In this document: in pieces, positions 34,559 to 47,352 of the stretch
Numbering within the stretch: position 1 is the first letter of the stretch
How the letters are laid out: each line of letters opens with the position of its first letter
From: Azolla caroliniana
Lineage: Eukaryota; Plantae; Polypodiophyta
Assembly (NCBI GenBank): GCA_043228905.1
Contig: JBHGNT010000018.1
Coordinates: forward strand, 12,338,001 to 12,402,000
Reading direction: 5' to 3'
Length of the DNA: 64,000 nucleotides
Program-made: the position numbers and the translations under genes
The notes under the pieces: generated by a model
The model's database searches: none
Seen by the model: the letters and a program-made list of their open reading frames with translations, nothing else
Told to the model about the DNA's origin: nothing

Positions 34559-37500
34559 TGTTCAGATACAAGCTCAACATTGGTAAGATCGGTGCGTAAA
34601 CCGATACGCAACAAGAGGCCGGATCGGCGGTGCGGAAACCGGGAGGCCGTTGAGCAGATATTCCGCGAGGGAATATATTTGGGAGTTAGTAAAGGAGCTC
34701 AATTATGAGCATTGAAGTACGTGTCAGTACTTCTATTAGTCTGTATGGACTTGTATAAAAGTGCTCTCTAAGCACATCCTATGTACACAGAGTTTTTACA
34801 CGTTATTTTGAATTTAGTTTCTTCTATGTGTTTTTTCCCCTCTTTGTCTCTTCCGCGTACATCGTTTCTTAAGCTCTCCATTAAACCTGTTGTTTCCTCT
34901 TGTTGGTATTCTGTGTGTCATATAGCTTCCACATGTTACATTTTTCATGGTATCAGAGCGCGAGGGTTGAGAACCTCTACAACTGACTTCAGTTCGAAAC
35001 ACATACAAAAAACAAACCTAATCTCGGTCAAGAATAGAAAGGAAAAAATAGATAGAGGTATGGCTAGTTCGCTTCCAATTGAGAAGCCCGACAGAAGTAA
35101 CTACGCATCTTGGTCGTACAAGATGCACCAGTATCTACTTGAACATGGATACTAGACCTATGTCGATGGAGTGAACGATGGAGCACCCGAATCGACACAC
35201 AGAGACTTCCTAGTCTGGGAACAGTCTGCGAGCAGAGTTCTGTACTGCTTCACGTCCTATGTGAGCGAACAGATCTTGAGCTACATTCAGGATGCAAGAA
35301 CACCGAAGGATGCTTGGGGAAATCTGAAAAAGATTTTTGCCGCAAGCACCACAGCCAAGAAGCTCCAACTCTAACAAGAGTTGAGCAATGTGCATCACGT
35401 GACATGACGGTGGCTGACTACACCTCCAAGATAAAGGATATCTTGGTCTCCCTCGCCTCCATACATGTGACGGAGGATTAGCATCGAAGTTCGGAGCATT
35501 CCGAACTGCTAATTGTACAAGGGAGAATATGCCGTCGTTTTTCAACTTGCAGTCGATGCTCCTTGTAGAGGAGAATCACGCAGGTGCGTCGACAAATACA
35601 CACGCCAACAACAAGATGTTGTACACGGAGGGAGATAGGCCCCGTGGTCGTGGTGGATGAGGCGAGTCGGTGCGCAATGGAGGCCGCCAGCGGGAGCAAG
35701 GAAGAAGGCATCGTGGTGATGCCGACAACGATTCCGGACCCTCCAGAAGCATGGGTAGTCGAGGAGGCGACGAGAACCGGCAAGGAAAACACGCCGCAGA
35801 ATGCTGGTATTGTGGCAAGAAAGGCCACAAGGAGACCGAGTGCTGGAAGAAGCACGCTGATTCGGAGAAAACCAAATCCGAATCCGGACCAACCGAACAA
35901 GGAAATCGGTAGCGGACGCACTACGCCGAAGGATCCGAAAAAGTTGGAAAGGGGGCAGCCTTCGTGACAAGACACAAAGCAAACTCGATGAGGAAGATCA
36001 CCCCGAAATCAGACGAAGTGTGGGACATTGACTACGGAGCGTCAAACCATATGACGAACCATAAAGAGTGGTTCTCATATCTGGAAAAACCGGAACAACC
36101 GGGAGTAGTCGCAACAAGAGACAACACTTCGCATTCGATTGTACATGTCGGTGAAGTTCCCCTCAGCCACGTCGGGAAATAGGGTAAGCTAATGAAAGTG
36201 TTACACGTCCCGACAATTACGAAGAATTTGGTGTCGGTCGGACAGATCGTCGACCAGGGGATGCAAGTCCAGTTCACGCATCTCGAGGAAGAAGGCCAAG
36301 TTATTGCACAAGGGCGCAGAGATGGGAGGATGTTCATCCTCGACACCAATGACGTAGGCACCACCATGTTTGCGAAAGGGCAAAAAATCGAGTCGGATAT
36401 CAACTTTTGGCATAAGTGGATACGTCAACTACCAAAGGTTTTAGGACTTGCAATCGAAACAAGTTGTATTTGGATTGTTGAAATTCAGTGGATGAAAGGC
36501 CCAAATTTGTGAAGCCTGCCAGCTAGGGAAGCAACACCGACTTCCTTTGTCCAACGAGCGTAATCGGAGCCTACATAAGCTCGACTGGATACATTCAGAT
36601 GTATGGGGACTGGCACAGAACGTGAGTCTTGGCGGGAGTCGATATTTCGTCTCCTTCATCTACGACTACACTTGGCACACATGGATCTACCTCATCGAAA
36701 AGAAGAGTGAAGTCTTCGACTGTTTCCGGAGCCTCAAAAATCTTTTCGAAAGAGAAACAGGGAGGAAGATCAAGTGCCTATCGTCGGATGGCAGAAAAGA
36801 GTACTTTTCCGGCCAATTCAACAGTTATCTACAACAAATGGGAATTCGGCGTGAAGATCAGTTGTAGGTATACGCCGGAGCAAAATGGCATAGCCGAAAG
36901 AAAGAATCGATTGGTTGTGGAAGCAGTGCGGGCAATGCTGGAAGAAAAGAGCATGCCCAAGTTCTATTGGGCCGAAGCGGTCCGAACCGCGGTCTACATC
37001 CAGAATCGGATCGGCCAAAAAGTGTCGGCACATGAGCTGTATTTCGGAAGGAAGCCAAATCTACGACACTTGAGGGTTTTCGGTAGCATCGCATATGTGC
37101 ATGTGCCGAAGGAGATGCGGAGGAAGCTAGACACAAAAGCCAAGAAGTGTATCTTGGTCGGCTACTCAGATGAATAGAAGGGTTATAAGTGTTATAACCC
37201 AGGAACCAAACAAGCTCGCGTAAGTCGGGATGTTGTGTTTGATGAGTCCGCGTCTTGGTATTTGCCTCCGACTCCGGACCTCAACCCTAATCCAAGTTCT
37301 GAAGATGAGGTAAGTGAAGCTGCGATGCCTCCTGATGAACACGAAGTCGGAACTCTTGAAGAGATTCCGATCTCATTTCGGCTAAGTGGACCGAATGAGT
37401 GACTGAGCTGGTTTGACCAGTTAGATGAAGAGCCGGCGAGTAGTGGAGACTCGGTCGTGCATTCCCCGCACAGGAAGCCGAAGAGATGGCTTATGCGCAA

Positions 37501-40226
37501 AGAAAAGGGAAAGAAGAAGATGCCGGAGTACGGCACGGATAGGGACAAGTCGGATCGATGTGAATCCGACTCCGAGAAGAGCGATGACGGGCCTTCAAGA
37601 GCAAAGTCTGCGTCGGCCAGAACAGCCTCAACATCGGCAAATGCGCAATTATGTCGATTTACCCGCCAGAAGAACCCTGGTGTGCGGTTCAGATACAACG
37701 AGTACATGGTGCATCACTATGCGTACATGACATGCGTAGCGGAAGTGTGTGAGCTAGAGAGCTACGTAGAAGCGGCAAAGGATGCGAATTGGCGTGCCAC
37801 CATGGAGGAAGAGATGAACGCACTTGCGGAGAATGAAACCTAGGACCTAGTTGACACCCCCAAGGGTGTAAAGCCGATTGGATGCAGGTGGGTGTACAAG
37901 GTCAAGTACAATGCTGACAGCTCGGTCAACCGATACAAGGCCTAGTTAGTAGCAAAAGGCTACACGGAGCAACACGACATCGATTACGATGAGACGTTTG
38001 CGCCGGTCGCGAAGATGACGATCGTCCGTGTTTTGCTTGCGGTAGCTGCGGCAAAGGGGTTGCATTTACATTAGATGGATGTAAAGAATGCATTCTTGCA
38101 AGGCGAGCTTGACGAACAGGTGTACATGGTACAACCCCCTAGATTTCACTACGGAACGAACACTTCGGCGGTATGCCGGTTGAAGAAGTCCCTTTACGGA
38201 CTAAAGCAAGCCCCGCGTGCCTGGAACACGAAGATCACACAGCGATTGCGTCGAATGGGATTTGTGACGTCCAAATCGAACTCTTCATTGTTTGCTGGCA
38301 AGGTCGACTTGGGCTAGTTAGTATTTTCCTTTATGTTCATGACTTGGTCATCGCCGGCGTCGACCTAGGAGAAATTGACCACGTAAAGCTCCAGCTTGAG
38401 GCCTCATTTGATATGAAGGAGACCTGGGGGACCTTCATTATTTTCTCGGGATCGAAGTGATCCGTACCCCCGAAGGCATACTGATCAACCAACGGCATTA
38501 CGCGCTGAGTATGCTCTTCAAGTTCGGGATAGCAGACTGTAAGTCAGTCTCAACTCCTCTTGATAGAACCATGAAGCTTCACCTCGACTCTGGAAAGGTT
38601 TGCGACCCAAAAAGGTTCGGACAGATTGTCGGAAACCTCATATACTTGACTATCACCCAGCCGGACCTCAGTTACCCAATCAGCTTGATTAGTCAGTTCA
38701 TGGCGCGACCAACCGAGGAGCACCTTTAGTGCGCGCAACGCATACTCAGGTACGTCAGTGGCACGAAGGACGGTGGGCTACTATATCGGACCGGTACTGT
38801 CACGCAGGTAGTCGGCTACACAGATGTCGATTGGGCCGGAAACGCCGGCGATCGCCGGTCCACATCCGGATTCACGTTCTCCATCAGGAACGCCGCAATC
38901 GCGTGGAGTAGTAAGAAGCAATTGAGAGTTGCACTATCGAGCACAAAAGCCGAGTATCGAGGAGCGACTGTCGCAACATTCAAAGCCATATGGCTGAAGC
39001 GACTACTTAAGGATCTGTAGGTGGAGATGTCTGATCCGACGACGATCTACTACAACAACCTTAGTAGCATCCAACTTGCGAAGAACCCCGTCTTCCACGC
39101 CCGGACTAAGCACATTGAGGTGCACTACCAGTTTGTATGCGAGCGTGTCCTCTCTGGTGAAGTCGAACTTCAGTATGTTCCGACGGATCGGCAACACGCC
39201 GACATTTTTACCAAGCCCCTTGGTCTAGACAAGTTGCGGCAATTCTCGGATGCGCTTGGGTTGCGACACCTCAACGTGCCGAACTTGAGGGGGAGAAAAG
39301 TCCCACATGACCACGGAAAGGAGCAGGAAAGGAGTGGAAGTGACCGCGACACCAAATTGGATGACGAATTTGATTTAGTGTCGGCTGAAGAAGCCAAAGG
39401 CGGATCCGCAGATGAGTCCGAAAGTGGACGAGAGGGCAACAGCCGAAAGAAAGAGCCGGAGCCAGCCAAGCATGGGGGAGATGAAGCCAACAAGGGCGAG
39501 AAGGCCAAGATTGAGGACAAATTGGAGACAGCCAATTCGGACAAAAGCGGAGACGAATCGGAGGCAGTCGATTCAGCTCAGATGTTTGATTCGGAGACAC
39601 CGAATCAATTGAAGGCCAAGTGGAAGAAAGGGCAGCAGAAGAGGCGCCAACACCGTGACATCAAGGGAGCTGGAAAAGGCCACACGAGTAGACAAGCCGA
39701 CTGTAGGGGTCGAGGCGCGCGGAATCGAATGGGTCGATGAGCGTGAGTGAGGCGAGAAGTCAAGGGAAACTAGAGTGAAGGACCGGAAGAGCCTCAAGTT
39801 GAGCTTGAGGGGGAGTGTTGAGATACAAGTTCAACATTGGCCGGATCGGTGTGTAAACCGGTGCGTAAACCGGTGTGTAAACCGGTACGCAACAAGAGGC
39901 CGAATCAATGCGGAAACAGGGAGGTTGTTGAACAGATATTCCGCGAGGGAATATATTTGGGAGTTAGTGTAGGAGCTCAGTTATGAGCATTGAAGTACAT
40001 GTCAGTACTTCTGTTAGTCCGTATGGACTTGTATAAAAGTGCTCTCTAAGCACATCCTATGTACATAGAGTTTTTACACATTATTTTGAATTCACTTTCT
40101 TCTGTGTGTTTTTTTTCCCTCTCTGTCTCTCCCACGTACATCGTGTCTTAAGTTCTCCATTAAACCTGTTGTTTCCTCCTATTGGTATTTCGTGTGTCAT
40201 ATAGCTTCCGCACATTACGTTTTTCA
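34559..40226 (+). mobile_element. Full-length decayed Ty1/copia element A2
   Basis: LTRs 34559-34947 and 39816-40226, perfect TSD GTAAC, Met PBS at 34948. Gag ATG at 35060 with a CWYCGKKGHKETEC knuckle. Integrase (HSDVWG, TPEQNGIAERKNR), RT (MDVKNAFLQG, SLYGLKQAPRAW) and RNase H (HARTKHIEVHY, ADIFTK) follow. PPT 39805-39815. Confidence 0.95.
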
Positions 40227-40511
40227 GTAACCGTGAGTGAGAGAGTGACAGTGTAACTCTGTAGCCGTTTGTTAGATGAAGGAGAAGTCGAGGTCGTTGC
40301 CTCCTAGTTCTGTATTTGTAGTTCCTCTCTACCATAGTGATATGTTTTTCTCGGGGTTTGTGGACCCTCGTGGTATTTTCCCATTTTAGGTTTTCCAAGT
40401 AAAATATCGGTGTCTTTGTGTCTTCACGTTTTTCTGTCTGTGTACTAGTTCTTGGTTTCTGCACATGAATACGAACATGTAACCGGTTGTGGCCGATCGA
40501 TTTCTAACACA

Positions 40512-40959
40512 GCGAAATTGGTTAGAGATGTGTGTTATGTGTGTGTATGTGTGTGAAAGAAGAGAGGAGAGAAGAGAAACACAAGATAGATGGATGATAG
40601 AAAATGAAGTACTCAAGAAGAAGGTGTATATTCACAAGTAGAATAGCAAATACAAAATGTAGCATTACAAGGAGACACAATCGACTTCGTATGAAGTAGG
40701 AGAAGGGTGCTTTATATAAATTCAACCTCTCTCTTCATTAACTCACTACAATAAGTACTCTGTCTTGGGGAATGTGAAGACTCATAGTTATGGGGAATAT
40801 GAAACTCATTAGTTATGTTTCATAGAATATGATTCTTGACCTTTGAGTGATCATAGTTAATGTGTAGACAGTAGTGGTGTGACTCTTGACCTTTGGGTGA
40901 TCATAGATTCTCAAAGGGTGTGTTTACACATTGCACTAGGTTGAGCTTGATTTTCAACA
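40512..40959 (-). mobile_element. Partial LTR related to copia family A
   Basis: The minus strand begins TGTTGAAAATCAAGCTCAAC, similar to A-family LTR starts. It is interrupted on its left by B0. Confidence 0.55.
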
Positions 40960-42280
40960 GGCACATATTCCTAACAGACTTCCCCTGCTTGTGGAAGGTC
41001 CGGTACTACTGTTGGCATGTTCATTATGCATTTGATTCTACTCTTGTTGGCCGCCTCCATTGCATGCTGATCCACGACATTCTCCACGTCAACGATGCTT
41101 ATTCGCCTCTGTGTACAACATCCGATTGTCATATTGTGTGCACACCTACATGGTTTTCTTCGACCATAATCATTGTGCAAATAGTCGTCTGGATCGACAC
41201 AACTACATGGTTTCTCCCTTGTGCAAATTGTCGTCTAGATCAGCTTGTACCTCTAAGCTAGACCTCTAAGGAAAATCTATACCATTTCGTCCTCATCCAC
41301 CGACACATTGATGGACCCCAAGGCATCACAGATTTCCTTGATCTTCGTGGTGTAGTCGGTCACCGTCATATCCCTCTATCAGATATCGTTGAGCTCTTGA
41401 GAGAGCTACAACTTACGGGCCATGGTACTTGTGGTGAAAATATTCTTCAGATTTTCCCAAGCTTCCTTCGACATCCTTGCATCTTGAATGTAGCCCAATA
41501 TCTGGTCGTGCACACATGATGCAAGGTCATACAAGACTTTATGCCCCATGTTGCCACACCAGAAAATCCTTGTGTGTTGACTGTAGTGCTATTTCGTTTT
41601 CTCCATGGATGTGACTCTAATAGCAATGCCCGCGTAGGTATTGGTGAATCTTATACTCCCAAGATGCGTAGTTGCTTCTATCCAACTTCTCTATCAGAAG
41701 AGCGCCACCCATTCCTCTGTCCATTTTCTACTTCTTGTGTGTACTTGTCTAGGAATTCGGGTTTGTCTATTTTGAAACGCTTGCTGGTAGCAAAGGATTC
41801 TCAATCCTCACACTCTGATACCATGAAAAGATTCCTGTGCGGAAGCTTAACAGAACACAATCGGCTCAACCGTACAGCAATAGGGAAACACGGAGAAGAA
41901 ACAGAAATACAGTAAGCGGGAGAGACAGAGAGAGTAGAAGACTAAAAAACTCGATTCAAAATAATATGTGCTCTGTAGTTACAAGTGTGCGTATAGAGAA
42001 CTTTTATACAAGCCCTGACACAACTACTATGAGTACTTTAATGCTCATGAATGATCCTGACACTAAGTCGGCCCACAATATTCCTATTTACTAGCATAGG
42101 AATATAGGCCCCTAACTCTATAACTACATACTAAACTAGGAGCGTAAGCCTCTAACGGCCTGTCGGCTCCCCACGGATCCAATTCTCTCATTTGATCCGG
42201 GCCTAGCCGATCGGTCTTCATCTGATCCGGCTCTCGGCTTATTAAGCCGATCCAGCCCATGTTGAGCTTCCATCTCAACA
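40960..42280 (-). mobile_element. Old copia family-A element A3: 5' LTR, PBS, degenerate gag
   Basis: LTR 41824-42280 and PBS 41813-41823 (TGGTATCAGAG). Gag remnants resemble 35060-35800. Confidence 0.8.
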
Positions 42281-44610
42281 TTCTCGTTGTATGCTATGCA
42301 GGTTTGAATCAAATGGTAAAAGTTTCAAGGGAGCCTTCAACAATCATGAGGATAACTATTTTGAAGAATCTACACAATTAGCTACTTCAACTATTCATGT
42401 ATTAATCCCACGTGAAATACAACAAAATATGATTTTGTAACATGGCAATGCAGAATTCGTGAATGGAAATATAATCTAAGACATCATGCTAACCTTGACT
42501 ACAGACAACAACTTCATAGAAACGCTTGTATGATGCAGTCTCATTCAAAATCTCATCAAATTGGAAAGTCTTCCACATTCCTTTGAGAGAACTATTTATT
42601 CAACACAACAAATCACAAATTGTGAAAGCAACTATGAAAATACATGTTTAGAAAAGACATTCACAATTATCAACTTTAAAAAATCTTGCAATTTAGCTTT
42701 AATGACACAAGAAAATAAAAAATAGATATCTAGGATATGTAATGACCAATTAAAAAAGAACAATGTTTTTCATTGAACAACAATTATATTTGGGACCAGA
42801 ACCCCCATTTGAACCATTGATTCGAGAACATTTTGCAGTTAAATAAATAAAAAATGAAGTTACTTAAATAAACTTATGTAATAAGTTTTGCCTCTTCACT
42901 TAGAGCATAATCTAAGTCAAATTTACTCACTTGTCAAGATCTGTCTCATACACCCAATAAAATATTTCAAATAATCGTTCTCTTTTGTTTGGACCAATGT
43001 TGCATTCCGAGAAATTTTTTTCGAAGTGTTTCGAATATTAATCGATGAACCATAATAATCAAATACAATATCACAATCAACTTTGCCATCACGTTAAGAT
43101 CTAAAAAGATGAGGTGTCCCCCATTTGTATCATCTACAACAATGTTTCGTAGATGTTGATAAACATTGTGGACCATAAGTTATGAATAAGAAATACACTC
43201 CTTTAGTATGACAAAAATCATGCCTTAAAAATTTTCTCCAAAATTGAAGATATGTAAAAGGACCCTCCACACCAACCTCATAATATCTTCTCCGTCTTCT
43301 TCTTCTTCCTACTCTTAGTACCATTAGAACCAACTTCTCTTTCGGAACTGTGATATATTCAAACATCTACATATACTCTCGTCTACATTTTGCTTAAAAT
43401 TTTACAAATACCTTAGTTTTAAAGAATGCAAAAAAGTGAGAAACAAAATTGAGAAACTTAAAGTGTACCATACATATCTAATAACTCTCATATCCTATCC
43501 CTCTCTTTTTTGTTTGTTTTTTAATAGACACATCGCACACCAACTTTTTTTTTTTTTAACAATACGCGTTCCACTCTGGGAATGTTGCATAAATTCTGTA
43601 GATGTTGTACAACGTAGTTAGCGGCATCCATTGTTTGCATCACTTTGCGATGCGTCTTTCCAAATAGGGAATCGTTGCTAACACCCCATTCTATTGTATT
43701 GCATATTTGATAATTTGTCTGACAAATTTTCAATCATAAATTTCTCTTGTTGATTTGCAACAATGACATGAATTGTGCCATTATGGTGGAGGGTTGTCCA
43801 CATCAGTGTTAAGAAAACACCAACTTGGCTTACGTTACTTCTCAATTTTCGACACTATGACTTTGTTGTTTTTGCAAGGGCATAAACTATTGAATTATGA
43901 TAAGGGCATATAGTTTGAAATTTAAGAAAGGCATGGGTAGTAGGTTATTGAATCACTTCTCAATGGATACAACTAGGGCTAGGTTATTGAATTAGTGTGA
44001 TTATGGTCTCTATGGTGTCTTACTATCTTCCTTTGTTACCATAGTTGAAGAAACCTCTTGAAATGGTGTCACACTTAATGTGAATGTTGTTATGGAAGAG
44101 AAATGGGAAACGTGTCATGTCGTAGTTGGCATGGGACCATTTTTGTACTCTGAAACGTCTTGGTGGGTCATCAATATTGAATTTATATGAGCATATAGTG
44201 GGTGGTCAATTTACTTTTATTTGATTTACGTTTGGTGGTGTACAATCTTGTACAGAAATGGTGGTCCATTGGGGAATGCATTAAACAAAAGAAACATTAC
44301 TAGAGGCATGTGTTTCGTTTGTTCAGTTGAATTGGAATATAGTGGGCATCAGGTTTTTTTCATGCTAGAAGGCTAGAATAGTTTGGAGGTGTATCAATTT
44401 AGTGTGGATGTCTTTAACTAGAGTAAGACTATCTTCATTCAATTGGGTTTTTGCACATGTGGGGATCTTGAGGTATTGGGGGCTATGGTTCAATTGGAAT
44501 ATGTGGAATGCTTTCACTTTTGATTTGCAAGTTGGGGTAAGGAAATATGTTGAAAAGTTAAAAAGGACTTCTTTTGTGGCAATTGACATTTAGAATTAGT
44601 CTCTAGGGTG

Positions 44611-46062
44611 GGATTGACTTTGTATAGTATTTAGATCCCTAGAAGGGTTCTATACTTTGTTCTAAGTTAGAAGTGACTCTGGTGTTTTTTCCTTTTAGTA
44701 ATGAAAGCCATTATTAAAGGAGAAGAGGATTGACATTGTATAGTATTTAGATCCCTAGAAGGAAGTGCGCATTTTATAGAGGTCAAAATCTAGATCAAAA
44801 AATTTACTTTGTTTCATGATGAAATTACATCAAGGTGATGCCTAGGGCACTTCATGATCATTTCCATCTCTCAATTGTGCATGTGTAGGGTATCTACAAA
44901 CATAGAACACATCAAATTCTACCACTACATGGCAAAGTCTACGTATACACTCTTAGATACTCCAGCTACACCATTGATCTCAGTTACTAAATGATGTAAA
45001 GAAAATCAAAGTTGGCAAATCACTATCTCTATATGTATTTGGATGTATAGTGAGGTTGCTCAATAAAGGCCTAGCCTAAGATGTTAAGAAAATTCTTTTT
45101 TCCATCTCTCAGGTCTTTCTATGTTCCTTATCTCTGGTCCTCTCTTCTATGTTCTTTGTAATCTATGCATAACAGAAAAATGGCTTCTTTCGTCTTTTGC
45201 TTCTGATTGAAGTTGTCTGACGATCAAACCTCTCTTCTTCTTCTTCTTCTGTTTCTCTTTAATCCGTACCTAACAAAAATTGATGGTTTTCAATTCTTTC
45301 AATTCGAAGCTTTACAATTATCAATCCTCTCTTCTTCTCTTCTTCTCTTCTTCTCTTCTTCTTCTTCTCTTTCTACACGTAATAGAAATTAATGGCTTCA
45401 AAATCTTCCGTTTGAAGATTCACTAATCTTTATTAAACATTTCTTCTTCTTCTTTCTTCTCTTCCTCTGAGGTAATTCGTGTGAGTTGTTGTTCAATGGA
45501 GTTTCATTGAAGTTTTACCATACAAGATCCTAACATAATTGTTTGATGGTTGGTTTCTTGATCTAGATATTCTGCCAATTTCGAGGAAATCCTTGTGCTA
45601 ATTCGTAGTTTAGTAATGCACATCTCCATTCTTTAGTCACTAGGTTGTTTTAGTATTTTTGGAGCATATGCCATAGATGATGTTTATTTGAAGTTTATTT
45701 ATTAAACAAGCATTTTATATACATTTAATTGTTTCTAATTTTTCAGAGTTGACTTATCACTTCATCACTGCAAAACCATACATACTTGATTTGCAACAAA
45801 TCTTTGTTTCTAGTCAAGAGAGTATGATGGTTGTTGGGGGTTGCGTTTGCTCGGAATTAGAAGAGAAAAAAAAATTGGGGAAAAATTTCGAATAAAAAAG
45901 CCATAAGTGTGCACTTCTTCTGTTCAAAGTGCGCACTTAACTTAATGGTTCCTGTACTTTGTTCTAAGTTAGAAGTGACTGTGGTGTTTTTTTCTTTAGT
46001 AAGGAAAGTCATTATTAAAGCAGGGGAGGATTGACTTTTTTACAGTATTTAGATCCCTATAA
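44611..46062 (+). repeat. Direct repeat of about 117 bp (44646-44762 and 45947-46062, partial copy 44611-44646) around 1.2 kb of unassigned DNA
   Basis: Both copies share TACTTTGTTCTAAGTTAGAAGTGACT...ATTATTAAAG...AGTATTTAGATCCCTA. Confidence 0.8.
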
Positions 46063-46539
46063 CGGTTATATTAGTGTTGGGCAAAGTCCTAGGAACAGTG
46101 TTAGCATTTTGGTTAGGTTAGGAACTTTGCCGGCCAAGGTGGAGGACAACTGGAATTGATTCCAGCCATGTTTTTGTACCAACCAGAATCTAGCCAGTTC
46201 ATATTTTTTGAACCGGCTATTTATATAGTTTTATAAAATAGAAGAAGTAAAAGTAAAACAATTTTATGTTTATTTATATTGAATTTCCTCTTTTACCCCT
46301 CTTTGTGTGTGATAGTCTTTGCTTCTCACTCCTCGTTGCTCGCTAGTCACTGCTCCTTCCTCCCTTCTCAAAGCTCGCTACTTACTAACAATCACTGCCC
46401 TTGTCATCTTATTTCCTTTTGCTTGTTGCTCGAAGCTTGTTGCTCGCTGCTCGTCGACTGCGTGACATCTCCAGCTCGCTGCTCTAAGGTATGTCTCTCT
46501 CACACTTTTTGCACCCATATGTGTTGTCTCATACCCCTT

Positions 46540-46540
<1 letters not shown>

Positions 46541-46590
<50 letters not shown>
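46541..46590 (+). repeat. (CT)n microsatellite
   Basis: Direct inspection. Confidence 0.95.
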
Positions 46591-46592
<2 letters not shown>

Positions 46593-46771
46593 ATATGTTA
46601 CTACTACTCTCCACCTACCAAAAGTATCTCCCATCTAATCACTTGCAAAATATGTTAATGTAATAACTATGGAGAGAGAGAGAGAGAGAGACCTCAACAA
46701 AAGTAGCTTCTCCTTCCTCCACTTAGCAAGTAGTCTTCTCGGTGTCTGTCTCAGGGGATCGACTATACATA

Positions 46772-47149
46772 ATGGCAATGACTATCGCACCAACTGTGAA
46801 GCCTAGAAAGTTGGGTTTTGAAGAACCATAGGAGGCATTACATAGGAGTCATATCACTCTTTCTTCAAGGAGTATTAAAAATTTGGAAAACATTTGTGTT
46901 GATTTGGTTCGTGGTGCCAAGGAGAAGATGCCTAAAGGGAAAGGACCTATGAGAATGCCTACCAAGGTGCTTCACATCACAACTTGCAAGTCTCCTTATG
47001 GTGAAGGAAGAAACATTTTTGAAAGGTTTGAGCTCCGAGTGCAAAAAAGGGTAATTGAAATCCATAGTTCTTCCAAGGTTGTCAAATAGATTACCTCCAT
47101 CAGAATTGAACCTAGAGTGGAAGTAGAGGTTATTATTGCAAAGCCTTGA
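46772..47149 (+). pseudogene. RPS20: Processed pseudogene of cytosolic 40S ribosomal protein S20 (uS10)
   Basis: Intronless 126-codon frame: ...[71 protein letters not shown]. It has two in-frame TAG stops and many substitutions. Confidence 0.92.
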
Positions 47150-47352
47150 AACAATATACTTTATGGCTTACTCTACTTCTGAGCTTGAGGATATGGAATT
47201 TTCTACTTCTTTTTAATAGTTTATTGAATTCTGACGTGTTTTTATGTTCTTGATGTAACTCCCTTAATAAGCCTTTGGTATAGAATCAATTTTGATTTTG
47301 CTCTCAAAAGCTCTTTCTATATGTTTGTTAATTGTCATGGTAGCATTTGCTA

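Noticed and set aside
42960-43850. Possible DNA-transposon (MULE/SWIM) coding remnant on the minus strand
   Set aside because: Only a vague Cys/His pattern with stops. No TIR, TSD or recognisable transposase motif.
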